From contig OX597814.1 in the NCBI GenBank assembly GCA_951406725.2, positions 206,770,001 through 206,834,000 of the forward strand: a stretch of DNA of 64,000 nucleotides. The letters are read 5' to 3'. Position 1 is the first letter of the stretch. Each line of letters opens with the position of its first letter. Shown here in pieces: positions 1 to 10,959 of this stretch. A program made the translations under genes and the position numbers. The stretch is from Octopus vulgaris (taxonomy: Eukaryota). Below the pieces are notes generated by a model, which did no database searches, was not told the DNA's origin, and saw nothing but the letters and a program-made list of their open reading frames with translations.

Positions 1-339
1 TGTCTGCTACGGCCTAGAAATTGGTTAAGGGACATTTAATAACTGTACAGAAATCTGATAAACCAGCAGTGGTACCATCACAGAGGTAACTCCATTTAGA
101 TATCTCAAATGATCTTCTCTCACTAACTCTTTTATCATCTTTTGGAATTAGATTTTGATGTGTATGGTGAATATGGATATGGGGTGAGTAGAAGAGTGGG
201 GTTCCACAAAATGCCACCCAAACAAGTTCAGTGGTAAATATTGGCAAGGGACAGGCTCTCCCAATGATAAAACATCATTTCCTGAAACCTGTTTGATGTC
301 ACATGGTGTCATGTGATGACAAAATGTCCTGGATTCAAA

Positions 340-775
340 GAGATAAGCTCAATATCTCGTGTGATCACTATTAGTGTTGATTACTACCCGGCATCTTCTG
401 CACATTGAATGCACCAAACGATTGATGAAAGCCATGGGGATAGCAGCTGACACTCTGTTAAAACCTGCAGTGAGTTGTCTCTGAGTTTTCAGTCTTGGAC
501 GGATGTCATTTAGCCTTCTTTAGGGTTTCATCCCACAGGTGCTCTATAGGGTTTGAGTCTGGACTGAAGCCAGTGTCTAGATGTTGATGTTGTTGGAGGA
601 AGCCTGTTGTCAACCTGGCAGTATGGTCACGGGCATTGTTATGTCAGAACACGTAATTCCAACAACAGGCAAAGTATGGCACAATGTGAGGTCTCCAAAT
701 TTGGTCAATATAGCAAGCAACAGTTACTCCATTTCCTCAGCCTTCACCAAAGTTTTGGAAGGCCACCAGTTCAGC
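340..775 (-). mobile_element. Degenerate Tc1-like transposase fragment in the last intron of PARP copy A
   Basis: Minus-strand frames contain DNNARDHTAR and SPDSNPIEHLWD, resembling the Tc1 DNA(P)xH and SPDLNPIE motifs. Confidence 0.7.
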
Positions 776-786
776 ATATATATATA

Positions 787-1434
787 TATCATCATCATCA
801 TCATCATCATCATCGTTTAACATCCACTTTCCAAGCTAGCATGGGTTGGACGGTCTGACTGAGGACTAATGAACAAGAGGCTGCATCAGGCTCACTCTGT
901 TGTGGAAAAGTTTCTATAGCTGGATGCCGTTCCTAATGCTAACCACTCCGAGTGTGTAGTGGGTGCTTTTACATGCCACCGGCACGAGGGCCAGTCAGGT
1001 GGTTCTGACAACAACCATGCTCAAAGGTATTTTTACATGCTACCTTCATTGGAGGTAGTCCGGTGGAACTGGCAATGACCATGCTCAAATGTTGTTTTTC
1101 ACGTGCCACCAGCGGAGGAGCCACTATATGGCCCTGGCAACGATGATGCTCGGTGTGCTTTTAATTTTCCACTGGTACAAGTGCCAATCACGCAGTAGTG
1201 TCATCGGCCACGTCAGCGATTTTGATTTCACTTGCCTCAACAGGTCTTTGCAAGCAAAGTTTATTGTCCAATGAATGAGTGGGGAGGGGGTATTCATAAG
1301 TGGGCTGCTTACACCCACTGGCATAGGCCATGGGCTGTGGTCTCACTTGGCTTGTTTGGTCTTCTGAATCACAGTATATCTCCAAAGGTCCTGGTCACTA
1401 GTCATTGCTTCAGTGAGCCTCAATGTTCAAAGGT

Positions 1435-1435
<1 letters not shown>
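787..1435 (-). mobile_element. RTE LINE 3' end with (GAT)n tail, specific to the copy A intron
   Basis: Matches the 3' UTR and ORF end of the RTE copies at 33300-33930 and 53463-53950. Confidence 0.85.
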
Positions 1436-1487
<52 letters not shown>

Positions 1488-1507
1488 TTTGTTTTTATCA
1501 TTCTTAG

Positions 1508-1770
1508 GCACATATGGTGAAGGTGTTTATTTTGCCAAAAGCATCCGATATTCTGCAGATGATACCTATTCTACTCCTGACCATCGCAGAATAAAGACAA
1601 TATACAAATGCAGTGTTCTTGTGGGAAGAGTGATTCAAGGACAACGTAGATTAAAAGTTTTACATGGTTCTTGCAATTCTGCGGTTGATGATATTCAAAG
1701 ACCCAATATTTATGTTACTTTTGATGACTCTCAAGCATATCCTAATTATTTGATTACATTCTCTAATTGA
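1508..1770 (+). CDS. PARP14: Terminal coding exon of PARP14/15-like mono-ADP-ribosyltransferase, copy A (upstream exons lie outside the window)
   Basis: Acceptor ttcttag at 1501-1507, phase 1. Translates GTYGEGVYFAKSIRYSADDTYSTPD...PNIYVTFDDSQAYPNYLITFSN*, matching the PARP14/15 catalytic C-terminus (YGxGxYFA, YS, QAYPxYLIxF). Symbol indicates family, not proven orthology. Confidence 0.9.
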
Positions 1771-1789
1771 AATTAAGACTTTTGTAACA

Positions 1790-2505
1790 CTTTGAGTTGA
1801 GATTTGTAATTCTAAAAGTATTCAAATGTTTAACACTAAAACTTCAATTTTATAACACTTAAAACTATTTGAATTTTTAAAACTAATGCTGTTCAAATTT
1901 GTAACTGTAAAATTATTCAGATTTGTAACAGGAAAATTATTCAGATTTGTAGCATTAAAACTATTCAAATATTTAACAGTAAAATTATTCAAATTTGTAA
2001 CTGTGAAACTATTCAAATTTGTAACAGTAAAATTATTCAAATTTGTAACAGTGAAACTATTCAAATTTTTAACAGTAAAATTATTCAATTTTGTAACAGT
2101 GAAACTATTCAAATTTGTAACAGTAAAATTATTCAATTTTGTAACAGTGAAACTATTCAAATTTGTAACAGTAAAATTATTCAATTTTGTAACAGTGAAA
2201 CTATTCAAATTTGTAACACTAAAATTATTCAAATTTGTAACAGTGAAACTATTCAAATTTGTAACAGTAAAATTATTCAATTTTGTAACAGTGAAACTAT
2301 TCAAATTTGTAACAGTAAAATTATTCAAATTTGTAACAGTGAAACTATTCAAATTTGTAACACTAAAATTATTCAATTTTGTAACAGTGAAACTATTCAA
2401 ATTTGTAACAGTAAAATTATTCAAATTTGTAACAGTGAAACTATTCAAATTTGTAACAGTAAAATTATTCAGATTTTTTACACTAAAACAATTGAATATA
2501 TTTTA
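1790..2505 (+). repeat. 24-bp minisatellite (48-bp higher-order dimer) just downstream of the copy A stop codon
   Basis: Alternating aaatttgtaacagtaaaattattc / aaatttgtaacagtgaaactattc, about 25 good units with degenerate edges. Confidence 0.95.
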
Positions 2506-2546
2506 ACATTTTCTTTTTTGTTACATTAGATGTAATTATTGCTTAA

Positions 2547-2552
2547 AATAAA
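2547..2552 (+). promoter_or_regulatory. Candidate polyadenylation signal of copy A (second candidate at 2682-2687)
   Basis: First AATAAA after the stop codon and minisatellite; also present in copy B. AT-rich context makes this weak. Confidence 0.3.
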
Positions 2553-3117
2553 ATGAAGGCTGCAGGTTCAAATCCAGTCAAAGTTTATTATTTTGTATTA
2601 TATTTTTTAAAAAAAAGTATAAACCGGTTTTGTGACTGGGAAGAAACTGTCCACTGATTTTGGAAATGTGTTTCTAAGAAGAATAAAATTCCTTTACACT
2701 TACCAAAACCCCATCCATATGATCAAGTAGAGCCCAACTGGTACATATTGAATGCCTGTTATCAGAGAAAATTGGTGGAAAACCTGTGGAGTATTCATAT
2801 TTAGCATTTTTGAGTGAAATCACCAGACAATGGCCAACGTCCTGGTGGTATAATACGGGATATTATTGGGATACACGACACTTTTGTCATTACTTTCACC
2901 ATCTTTCTTGGAATTCTCAAGTAATATCATGGAAAATGCAGGTTAATTCTCAAAGCATCATTTTGCAAATGAAGTACAGCTTCCATGTTGCAAAGTACAA
3001 TACACACACATATCCTCACCCTCTCAGGAGCAGTACATATGTAAGCTGAAATGATTGCTGTGCTAAATAGAGCTTACAATACAATAAGTATTCCCTATGA
3101 AATATTTAAAATACATA

Positions 3118-3461
3118 TATTATTATTACAAATTTGGGATCTTTACCAATAGATATGCACCTCCTGTTTCAGGATAACCTCATGGTATGGTATACGCAGA
3201 GAAAGATACAGCAAATATAATTATTAAAGCAATTAATGTAACTTATAAGAAAATTAAATAAATATAAATACTTGTTATAATTCTGTGGGGAATAATAACA
3301 GTTAAGTTATATTTATTTAACTAATTTTCTTGTAAGTTACATTAATTGCTTTAATAATTTTAATTGCTTTATCTTTCTCTGCATATACCATACCATGAGG
3401 TTATCCTGAAACAGGAGGTGCATATGTATTGGTAAAGATCCCAAATTTATAATAATAATAT
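3118..3461. repeat. Inverted repeat (~145-bp arms, ~45-bp spacer)
   Basis: 3118-3263 is the reverse complement of 3311-3461. Confidence 0.85.
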
Positions 3462-3574
3462 TATAAAATATACTTTTTACATTTCATAAGAAAAGTGTGA
3501 AATAGTAAATGTCCTGATAACCTGGAATACTTGTTTTTCCCTAATATTTTATATATTCATAATATATATACATA

Positions 3575-3792
3575 CCAGCCTCGCCTGGCACCTGTGCAGG
3601 TGGCACGTAAAAAGCACCCACTACACTCACGGAGTGGTTGGCGTTAGGAAGGGCATCCAGCTGTAGAAACATTGCCAGATAAGACTGGAGCCTGGTGCAG
3701 CCTTCTGGCTTCCCAGATCCCCGGTCGAACCGTCCAACCCATGCTAGCATGGAGAACAGACATTAAACGATGATGATGATGATGATGATGAT
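3575..3792 (+). mobile_element. RTE 3' tail fragment
   Basis: ggtggcacgtaaaaagcacccactacact...aaacgatgatgat motif. Confidence 0.85.
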
Positions 3793-3793
3793 A

Positions 3794-4070
3794 TATTAAT
3801 ACACATATGAGAGGGAATCCACTAAAGTGGACGCCCTTACGCTAACCACTAAAATTGTTCTCAAGAAAACTTAGCACACTATGAACGTAGCGAGCAGGAC
3901 AAATGAAAAATAACAAAAATATAGATCTATATAAATCTATATTTTTGTTAGTTTTCATTTGTCCTGCTCGCTTACATTCATAGTGTGCTAAGTTTTTCTT
4001 GAGAACAATTTTTAGTGGTTAGCGTAAGGGTATCCACTTTAGTGGATTCCCTCTCATATGTGTATTAATA
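3794..4070. repeat. Near-perfect palindrome (~133-bp arms, 8-nt centre)
   Basis: tattaatacacatatgagagggaatcc...aaaaatatagat / atctatattttt...ggattccctctcatatgtgtattaata. Confidence 0.9.
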
Positions 4071-4163
4071 ATATTTACTGAATCTCAGTTTTTTATGCGC
4101 TAAACCACTGGTGTTAAATTGGTGTTATTAAATTAATATACAATTTTTTCACCCTCATTTTGA

Positions 4164-4228
<65 letters not shown>

Positions 4229-4229
4229 G

Positions 4230-6140
4230 GAAAAATTACCCAAAAAAACAAAAGATGAAGACAGGTGGCGTAGACAAACTGATGCCTTAGTTTAACGCTC
4301 AGAAAGTGAAAAAGTCTTTAACGTTTTGAGCCTACGCTCTTCCACAGAAAGGAACACAAAAAGAAACAGGGAGAGAAAATAAATAAAGTGTAGTGGCTAG
4401 TGATCAATCATGGCGAATGCCAGACAGAGGGGTCACACAGTAAAGCTAGGAAGAAGGGGAGATAATAAAGTAGTGGTGATCCCAAAATGAAGGTGCACAC
4501 GAATGTGTATATGAGAGCATGTATGTGCGTGTGGAAGAGGCCTGGTGACCTTGACGTGTGCATGTGTAGGTGTGTTGATGATGGTGAGGGTACTGGGAAG
4601 TGGACAGTGCTAGTGTGTGCGTGGTGGTGTAATGTGATTTGTGGTTTAGGCTGAGGGTGGGGTATGTGGGATGTAAGTGGGTGTAAGGGGTGGGATGGGA
4701 TGTATAGGGAAGGTGAGGTTGGACTGGGTAGGTTGGGGTTACGAGGGAGGGGTGACGATGAAACGAGAATGTGGATAGGAGGGAAGAGAAGTAGGAGTCA
4801 GAGAAAGAGAGAGGTGGGTTGGAGAAAATAGGTGTGAGAGGAAGAGAGGAGAGTTAGATGAAGAGGAGAGGAGTTGAGTCCATGTGGTGCAAAGGAGCGA
4901 AAAGAGATTAATCTCTGTTCACGGAGAAGACGGAAGTCTGGATGGCCCCTATGCAAGGACAATCCGAAAACAGACAGGTGTTGCAAAGAGTGACCTGTAG
5001 AGCAGTAATGGCACGAGACCGAGGTGTCATTGCAGAGTCGGATGTGTCAGAGGTGTTCTGCGAACCGGTCATCCAAGCGTTGTCCCGTTTGTCCGATGTA
5101 CAGAGAAGGGAAGATAGAGCAGGAGAAGCAATAGATGACGTTGCTAGAAATGCAGGTGAAAGAGTCAGTGATATGATAGGGTCAATGATGGGTGCCGGTA
5201 AGGAGGGTGGTGTTGATGTAAGGGCAAGTGTGGCAGCGTGGGCGGGAGCAGGAGAACGAGCCGGGTTTGGAGTTTGGGTTAGGGAAGAAGCTGTGGGCCA
5301 AGAGGTCTCGTAGGTTGTGGGCTCATTTGAAGGAGAGGAAGAGTCAGTTAGAGAAGATGTGCGAAGTAGAGGGGTCGGAATGGAGTTAGCGGAAGGCTTG
5401 GAGAATGGTGCGTTGAAGAGATAGGTGAGGGGAAACGGGAGACGGTTGGTTGGGTGCAGGGGGAAAGAGCAGATGTACAGTCCACGGAACGTGCTCTGGC
5501 AAGGGCGGTGTGGATAGTAGTGAGGGGACAGCCACGTAGAATGAAGTGGTTAGCCATGAGTTGAGACTGAGTCTCAAAGTCATGGTTGTCACTGCAAAGC
5601 CTGCGTAGATGGAGAAATTGGGAATAGAGGAGGGAAAGCTTAGTGTGTTTCGGGTGGGAGGAGGAGAAGTTGAGGTATGAGTGTGTATCTGTGTGTTTGT
5701 AGTGCATGGAGTTAATGAGAGGGGAGTGATGTATGGAGGGCATGATGGAAAGATTTGACAAAAGAGAGGAAGGAGTCTAGATGTTCGCAGGAGTGTGAGG
5801 TCGCACCGATGCAGTCGTCAATATACCGACCGCATAGTTCGGGAGTGGAACCAGTGAAACTTGAGAATATTTGGGCCTCAATGTAGCCATAGTTGGGACC
5901 CGTTCTCGTTCCCATGGCCACTCCTAAGAAATGCTGGTAAAAATCACCCGCAAACGAGAAGTTGAGTGAGAGGACAAGTATGGCCAGACGAACGAGTGTG
6001 GATGTGTCAGGTTGGGGTTAGGTCGAAGGTCAAGGAAATGTTGGAGTGCACGCAGCCCCTCGTGGTGAGGGATCACTGTGTAAAGGCTCTGGATGTCGAA
6101 AGTGAAGAGAAATTTAGAGGGGCTAGGAGGAAGAAAACTG
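4230..6140 (-). mobile_element. Penelope-like retroelement relic (RT + GIY-YIG, 3' hammerhead-like motif)
   Basis: MAMGTRTGPNY...RYIDDCIG, YLNFSSSHPKHTK, and IYCF...LYIGQTGQRLDDRFAEH on the minus strand; frameshifted. Confidence 0.85.
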
Positions 6141-6879
6141 CTTATTAATTAGGTATGTAATAGCCACTGTAAGAAAGCTATTATTAAAGGCTTGACCGTC
6201 TTGAAATTTTTTATAAATTCATGTTCCAAGAAATTTCCTGTAATTTTTGTTTCTGAAGTTTATTCAGTATTTGAACTATGAGATCTTCACAAATTTAAAT
6301 TTCATTTACTGCAGAGTAGATTAAATAAACTATCAATTCGTTGCAGCCAAAATTTTCCGTTTTCATTTGAAACAGTTTCTTACACTCTGTTTTCATTAAT
6401 GGTAATTTCATATTTATTCCTTTCAAGTTGTTGCAAAATCCACTTTATCCGATGTACATAGTGTAAAAAAATTATTTATTGAATGAATTAATAGTATTAC
6501 ACAAAGTAGGTATATAACTTTGATCTGTATTTTTGATAACATGAAAAAAATTTTTAATATACCAGTATAATTTACAACAAAAATAATTAAGAAGTTGTTT
6601 TGTTGGTATGGCTCTATGGAATGCTATAAAGTCTTACGATAATAACTACTTCTAGCACACTAAACGTATAAATTACTAAAAGAAATATCTATAAGGGAAG
6701 AGAGATTTTTTTTATAAATTGAAGTTTTCAGGAAAATTTGCAGTAAATATTTTGTATAAGACCCATTTGTACCTCGGTGTGAAATACTATTTTTCCACAG
6801 GATTTTCCAAGTGTATTTAATGTATCCGACCTCCAAACCCACTGCAAAACAACCAAGAGGAACTCCCATTCCTAGACGT

Positions 6880-7770
6880 ACTAGTTTTTAAAAATACATA
6901 AAAAATAGAAAGGGACATATTTTACAAAAATACAGACATTAAACAATACCTATTATTTAGCTTGTGCCACCCAAGACATATTAAAACAAACATTACCTTC
7001 AACCCTGCAGGATAGATTTGCACCATAGTGATGGAAAAAATACCAAAGAACTAAGACTGCAAGAGCTTAAAAATGTACTCATGCACAGACATTACCCAAT
7101 TCAGCTCATAGGTGATGCGATTAAATGTGCAAAATTGATTGACATAAAGACATTAAGAAAAGTCGCACATCTACTCTAAAAATACTAACCTATATACCCA
7201 TACACAACCCCAGAAACAACGAAGCATTTAAAATCTCCCAATACTCCATAAGGGCTCCAAACTGAAGTAAATTCCGATGATGCATAAGATCATTAAAAGC
7301 AATGAACAATCAAAGACATAAAAGAAAATCCTCACAAATCATACATTATTCTCAAGAACAACAAACACAGGAGTAAAAAAATGCAGAACATCTCTCAATC
7401 TTTAGGAAGGATGAGAATTCCATTTTAAACAAGGGAAAAATTCAAAATTAAATCCAATTTCTCTTGCGCCCCCAAAAACCTTATTTATGTCATTGGATGC
7501 TTGAGCTGCCATAAAAAACTATATAGGTTCCACAGGAATGTCTCTTAGACGTAGATGTACAGTCCACAAACAACAAATCTCTTCCCCACAATATCGCCAG
7601 ATACATCTCCGTGAACCCATTGACATGTGTGCAGAACAACTGCAGCTACAATTCTAAATCTTCCCATTATATCAATGGGCTATTTGGACCTCAACACAAT
7701 TGTGACTAAATAAAGAGGGATCATTTTACAAAAAAATATAAGCGAGAACTGAATATAAATCCATATTGAA
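6880..7770 (+). mobile_element. Penelope-like relic, RT C-terminus and GIY-YIG
   Basis: NLIYVIGC and YIGSTGMSLRRRCTVHKQQI at ~7478-7580; homologous to the 10967-12020 element. Confidence 0.75.
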
Positions 7771-8089
7771 AATTATACAATTGCAACTAAATAAAAAGAG
7801 GCCTCGTTTTTCGAGAAAATATGAGCCAGAACTAAATAAAAATTACAAATTTACCTACCCTTTGCTGAAAATACCTTGGTTACATAAAAAACAAAATTTC
7901 TTCTTTCGTATTGCACCTAACACTCAAAATTTGAAAAGCTACAGCGAAACCTGTTGTTTTATTAAGGGAAAAATTTTGTTTTGTATATTCTAAAATATTT
8001 TTACCATAGTCTCATAAAACAAATCTGTTTTTCGTCTTATTTCTTTCCTTGTATATTCAACCATGTGTAATCACTAACCATACTTTCAC

Positions 8090-8690
8090 ATATATATAAC
8101 CCCCTCCTCTCTCCTCTTACACTTTTTTCACTCCCACCCACCTCTCCTCTCCTCTCTTGCTCTGACACCTACTTCCTCTCTTTACTCATACTCACCTCCT
8201 CCCTTCATTGTTACCTACCCCTACACATTCCAACACTATCGTCCCTATACATCCCATCTCATCCCCACCCCATCCCACACATTCCACTCCGACATGCCCC
8301 ACACCACACCTACATACTCCATCCTTGCTTCCCCATACCCCAACACCACACCACATCACACCATTCCCCACACACTAGCACTGACCAATTCTCAACACCT
8401 GCACCATCATCCACACACCTACACAGGCACACGTCAAGGTCACCAGCCCTCTTCCACACGCACATACACGCTCTCGCATACACACGTATGCGTACCTTCG
8501 TTTTGGGATCACCACTACTTTATTATCCCCCCTTCTTCCTAGCTCTACTATCTGACCACCCCTGTGCAGCATTTGCCATGATTGATCGCTAGCCACTACA
8601 CCTTATTTTCTCTCTCTGTTTATTTCTGTGTTCTTTTCTGTCGAAGAGCATAGGCTCGAAACGTAAAAGACTTTCTCACTTTCCGAGTTG
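8090..8690 (+). mobile_element. 3' end of the same Penelope-like family as 4230-6140
   Basis: Diverged reverse complement of ~4300-4870, including the hammerhead-like motif. Confidence 0.75.
8633..8670 (+). ncRNA. Minimal hammerhead-ribozyme-like motif (CUGUCGA core variant)
   Basis: CTTTT-CTGTCGA-A-GAGC ATAG GCTC-GAA-ACGT-A-AAAG at the 3' end of a Penelope-like fragment. Confidence 0.55.
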
Positions 8691-9470
8691 TGACTGTTAT
8701 GCTTTTGTCGGCGTTTCGGCGTCTGTCTAGATGTTTTCTGAAGGAGGAGGCTCTCGTGTTCAGATGTTCTTTGATGCAAATGTGTAACAGTCTTGTTGTG
8801 CTACCCACATAGAACTTGTTGCATTGTATTCTATACACAACATTAAACCATTGGCATAAATCTGTGTCATGGATGGGGCAGTTAGCTAGTGTGCATTGAT
8901 TGCTGTCCATTGCTCGTTCCTTTGCTAGGTGTCTTCTCAGAGAGGGGCCGGAGTGGGCTCTAACCCATCTCTTCTTATGGCTCTTCGGATGGCTGTAGTT
9001 ATCTTCTTTCTAAAATGGGGTACTTTAAGGAAGCATGTGTTGCTGGGTTTTCTGTGTGTTTAGCGTGTTTGTTGTCTTGAGTACTTAAGCTGATTTACAA
9101 TGAATATAGGGTACCCGTTAGTTTTCAATATCTCTTGGAAGCGTGTGGTGTGGGTCGCCTTGTTCTCTGTCCTGCTGCACTTGCTCTGGATGCGTGTAAG
9201 TTCATTTCTGGTGTATCTTATTTTAGTACCAAGTGGAAGGGCTGAATTGTAGTGAACAAACATATCTCTACTGGCTGCTTTCCTGTAGAACTAGGTATGG
9301 ATCTTTCCTTCCGTTATTTTCAGTCGGGGGTTGAGCAGCGATAGGGATCCAGTGTTGTTGGCATATTCTATACTGAACCGTATATTCATTGTTGAACGTC
9401 ATGAATATTCTGTTCGCTTCTTCACAGGAGGATGTGAGTATGAAGATGTAATCTACATACCTGGTGTTTA
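8690..9470 (-). mobile_element. Penelope-like relic (second family)
   Basis: NVVYRIQCNKFYVGSTTRLLHICIKEH (GIY-YIG) and FVHYNSALP...LKTNGYP (RT thumb). Confidence 0.75.
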
Positions 9471-9849
9471 TAAAATTTCTTTGGTCTAGAGTTTGGTGCC
9501 GTTAGCAACTGGTGTTTGCATGGTATTATTGTAAGGTCATTTGGAGTTGCAGTTTTGAAACCTATGTGGAAGACTGTTACTAAAAGTTTAAAAAATTATA
9601 TCTGTTGTATGTGGTTGTTGTTTTTTGTGGAGAAATTGTGTCTTTTCCTTTTTCCCTTCAGTGTTTTTACTTCTTTCTAAAGGATATTCAGCTGTGGTTT
9701 ATATTTTCTGATGAGCATACTTTCCTTATTTAAACAGAATTGGGTTGAAGTGTTTTCGGAACATTGATAGAGAGGGAAGATTTGGTATTTCGGGTTTATG
9801 TCTGCGGGCATTGGTCTAGGTGTTGATCTATGTAATCTCCACCACACCT

Positions 9850-10380
9850 GAGAACACTGATTAAGTTCTTCGATGCTCAGGTAAAGTCATATTTTATGGT
9901 AAAAGTTTGACCTGACTTAAATTTACATGTGGAGCCCTCTAAGAGGAAGATGCAAGTCCCACAATTAGGGCGGTTGCCCTTTTGGGCTTGTGGGGTTGTA
10001 CTGGTGGGTAATTTGGCACTGGTAAATAACGTTTTTAGAGAATGCGGTTACCTCTTGCTTTTAATAATTGTATGAGTTTCCAGTGCCGTTTTCTCTCGCA
10101 GGTCTTTCATTAGGAGGGCTGTGTTTTGGTGGATGATGTATGATTCCCTATTCCTCGGATTGTGTGTTTAGACGTGAGATAAAATTTAAAGTATGTCATG
10201 GTGTTTTCTTGTTTTCCGTAACTCTTGGATGTCTATTATTTTCGTATCTTCTATTCCACTTTTAATAAGACTGGCCGGGTATTTTCTATTTAGTACTGTG
10301 TTTTTAAGTTCTTGGAGTCGCTTTTCTCGGGTTTCGGGATTTGATGCAATCATGCAAATTCTTCTTGCTAAGTTGAGCAG
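9850..10380 (-). mobile_element. Penelope-like fragment (RT-endonuclease linker)
   Basis: Minus strand encodes NLARRIC...HNPRN...RPNCGTC, homologous to 11275-11985. Confidence 0.65.
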
Positions 10381-10959
10381 TATATATATACATACATGCG
10401 AGAGCCCTACAAGAGCACCTACATCGCTAAAAATAAAGTCAAAAGTATTTCTGTGTCACAGAATAGTCACGAATTTATTACAGGCCTGGTAGTAAAATAT
10501 TCCAAGGACAATTCTGTGACACAAAAGTTTTCTGATCTCTATTTTTAGCGATGTAGGTGCTTATATAGAGCCGTCGTATATATATACATATATATGGGTA
10601 AAATATGAAAAATCAACGAAAATGCACATTGCAAATAAAAAAGGATATTTATGACAGGTAACGACAAATATATACATTTAGATTGACTGCGGTAGTAATA
10701 CGAGTCATAAAAGTCATTATTATGAGATGATTATAAGATGATAATAAACTAAGAGAAAAAAAGGAACATGGTTTACGCAAAGCTATTCATCATTTGAAAA
10801 ACACCGGCTAATACACGGTGTCAGGTCTAATAGTTCCCGAGAAAAAAGATTATTTGTAAGGGGGGTAAGTAGTTCTGGATTATTTGTAAGGGAGGTAAGT
10901 AGTTCTGGATTTAGAGATGTGAGTGGTGTAGGAAGTGTATAGGGGTTAGTGGTTTCAAT

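Larger units (their letters stand above)
1..3012 (+). repeat. Arm A of inverted segmental duplication
   Basis: 1-775 = revcomp of ~37360-38119; ~1490-2958 = revcomp of ~33931-35510; 2959-3012 = revcomp of 30088-30141. Confidence 0.92.

Noticed and set aside
1423-1507. N-terminal part of the 115-aa ORF (MFKGCAYIYIYI...)
   Set aside because: Intronic (TA)n read-through; coding begins at the acceptor at 1508.
1822-2506. 200-246 aa ORFs of (NSFTVTNL)n / (KLFKFVTV)n here and at 34383-35166, with TxT spacing reminiscent of ice-binding beta-solenoids
   Set aside because: They are by-products of a 24-bp minisatellite lacking stops in one frame per strand. The TVT-strand ORFs have no ATG start, and the arrays lie right after a PARP stop codon.
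9708-9765. CTGATGA followed by a weak stem (similar hints at ~17228 and ~22156)
   Set aside because: GAAA and stem I/III elements are too degenerate to support a hammerhead call from single copies.
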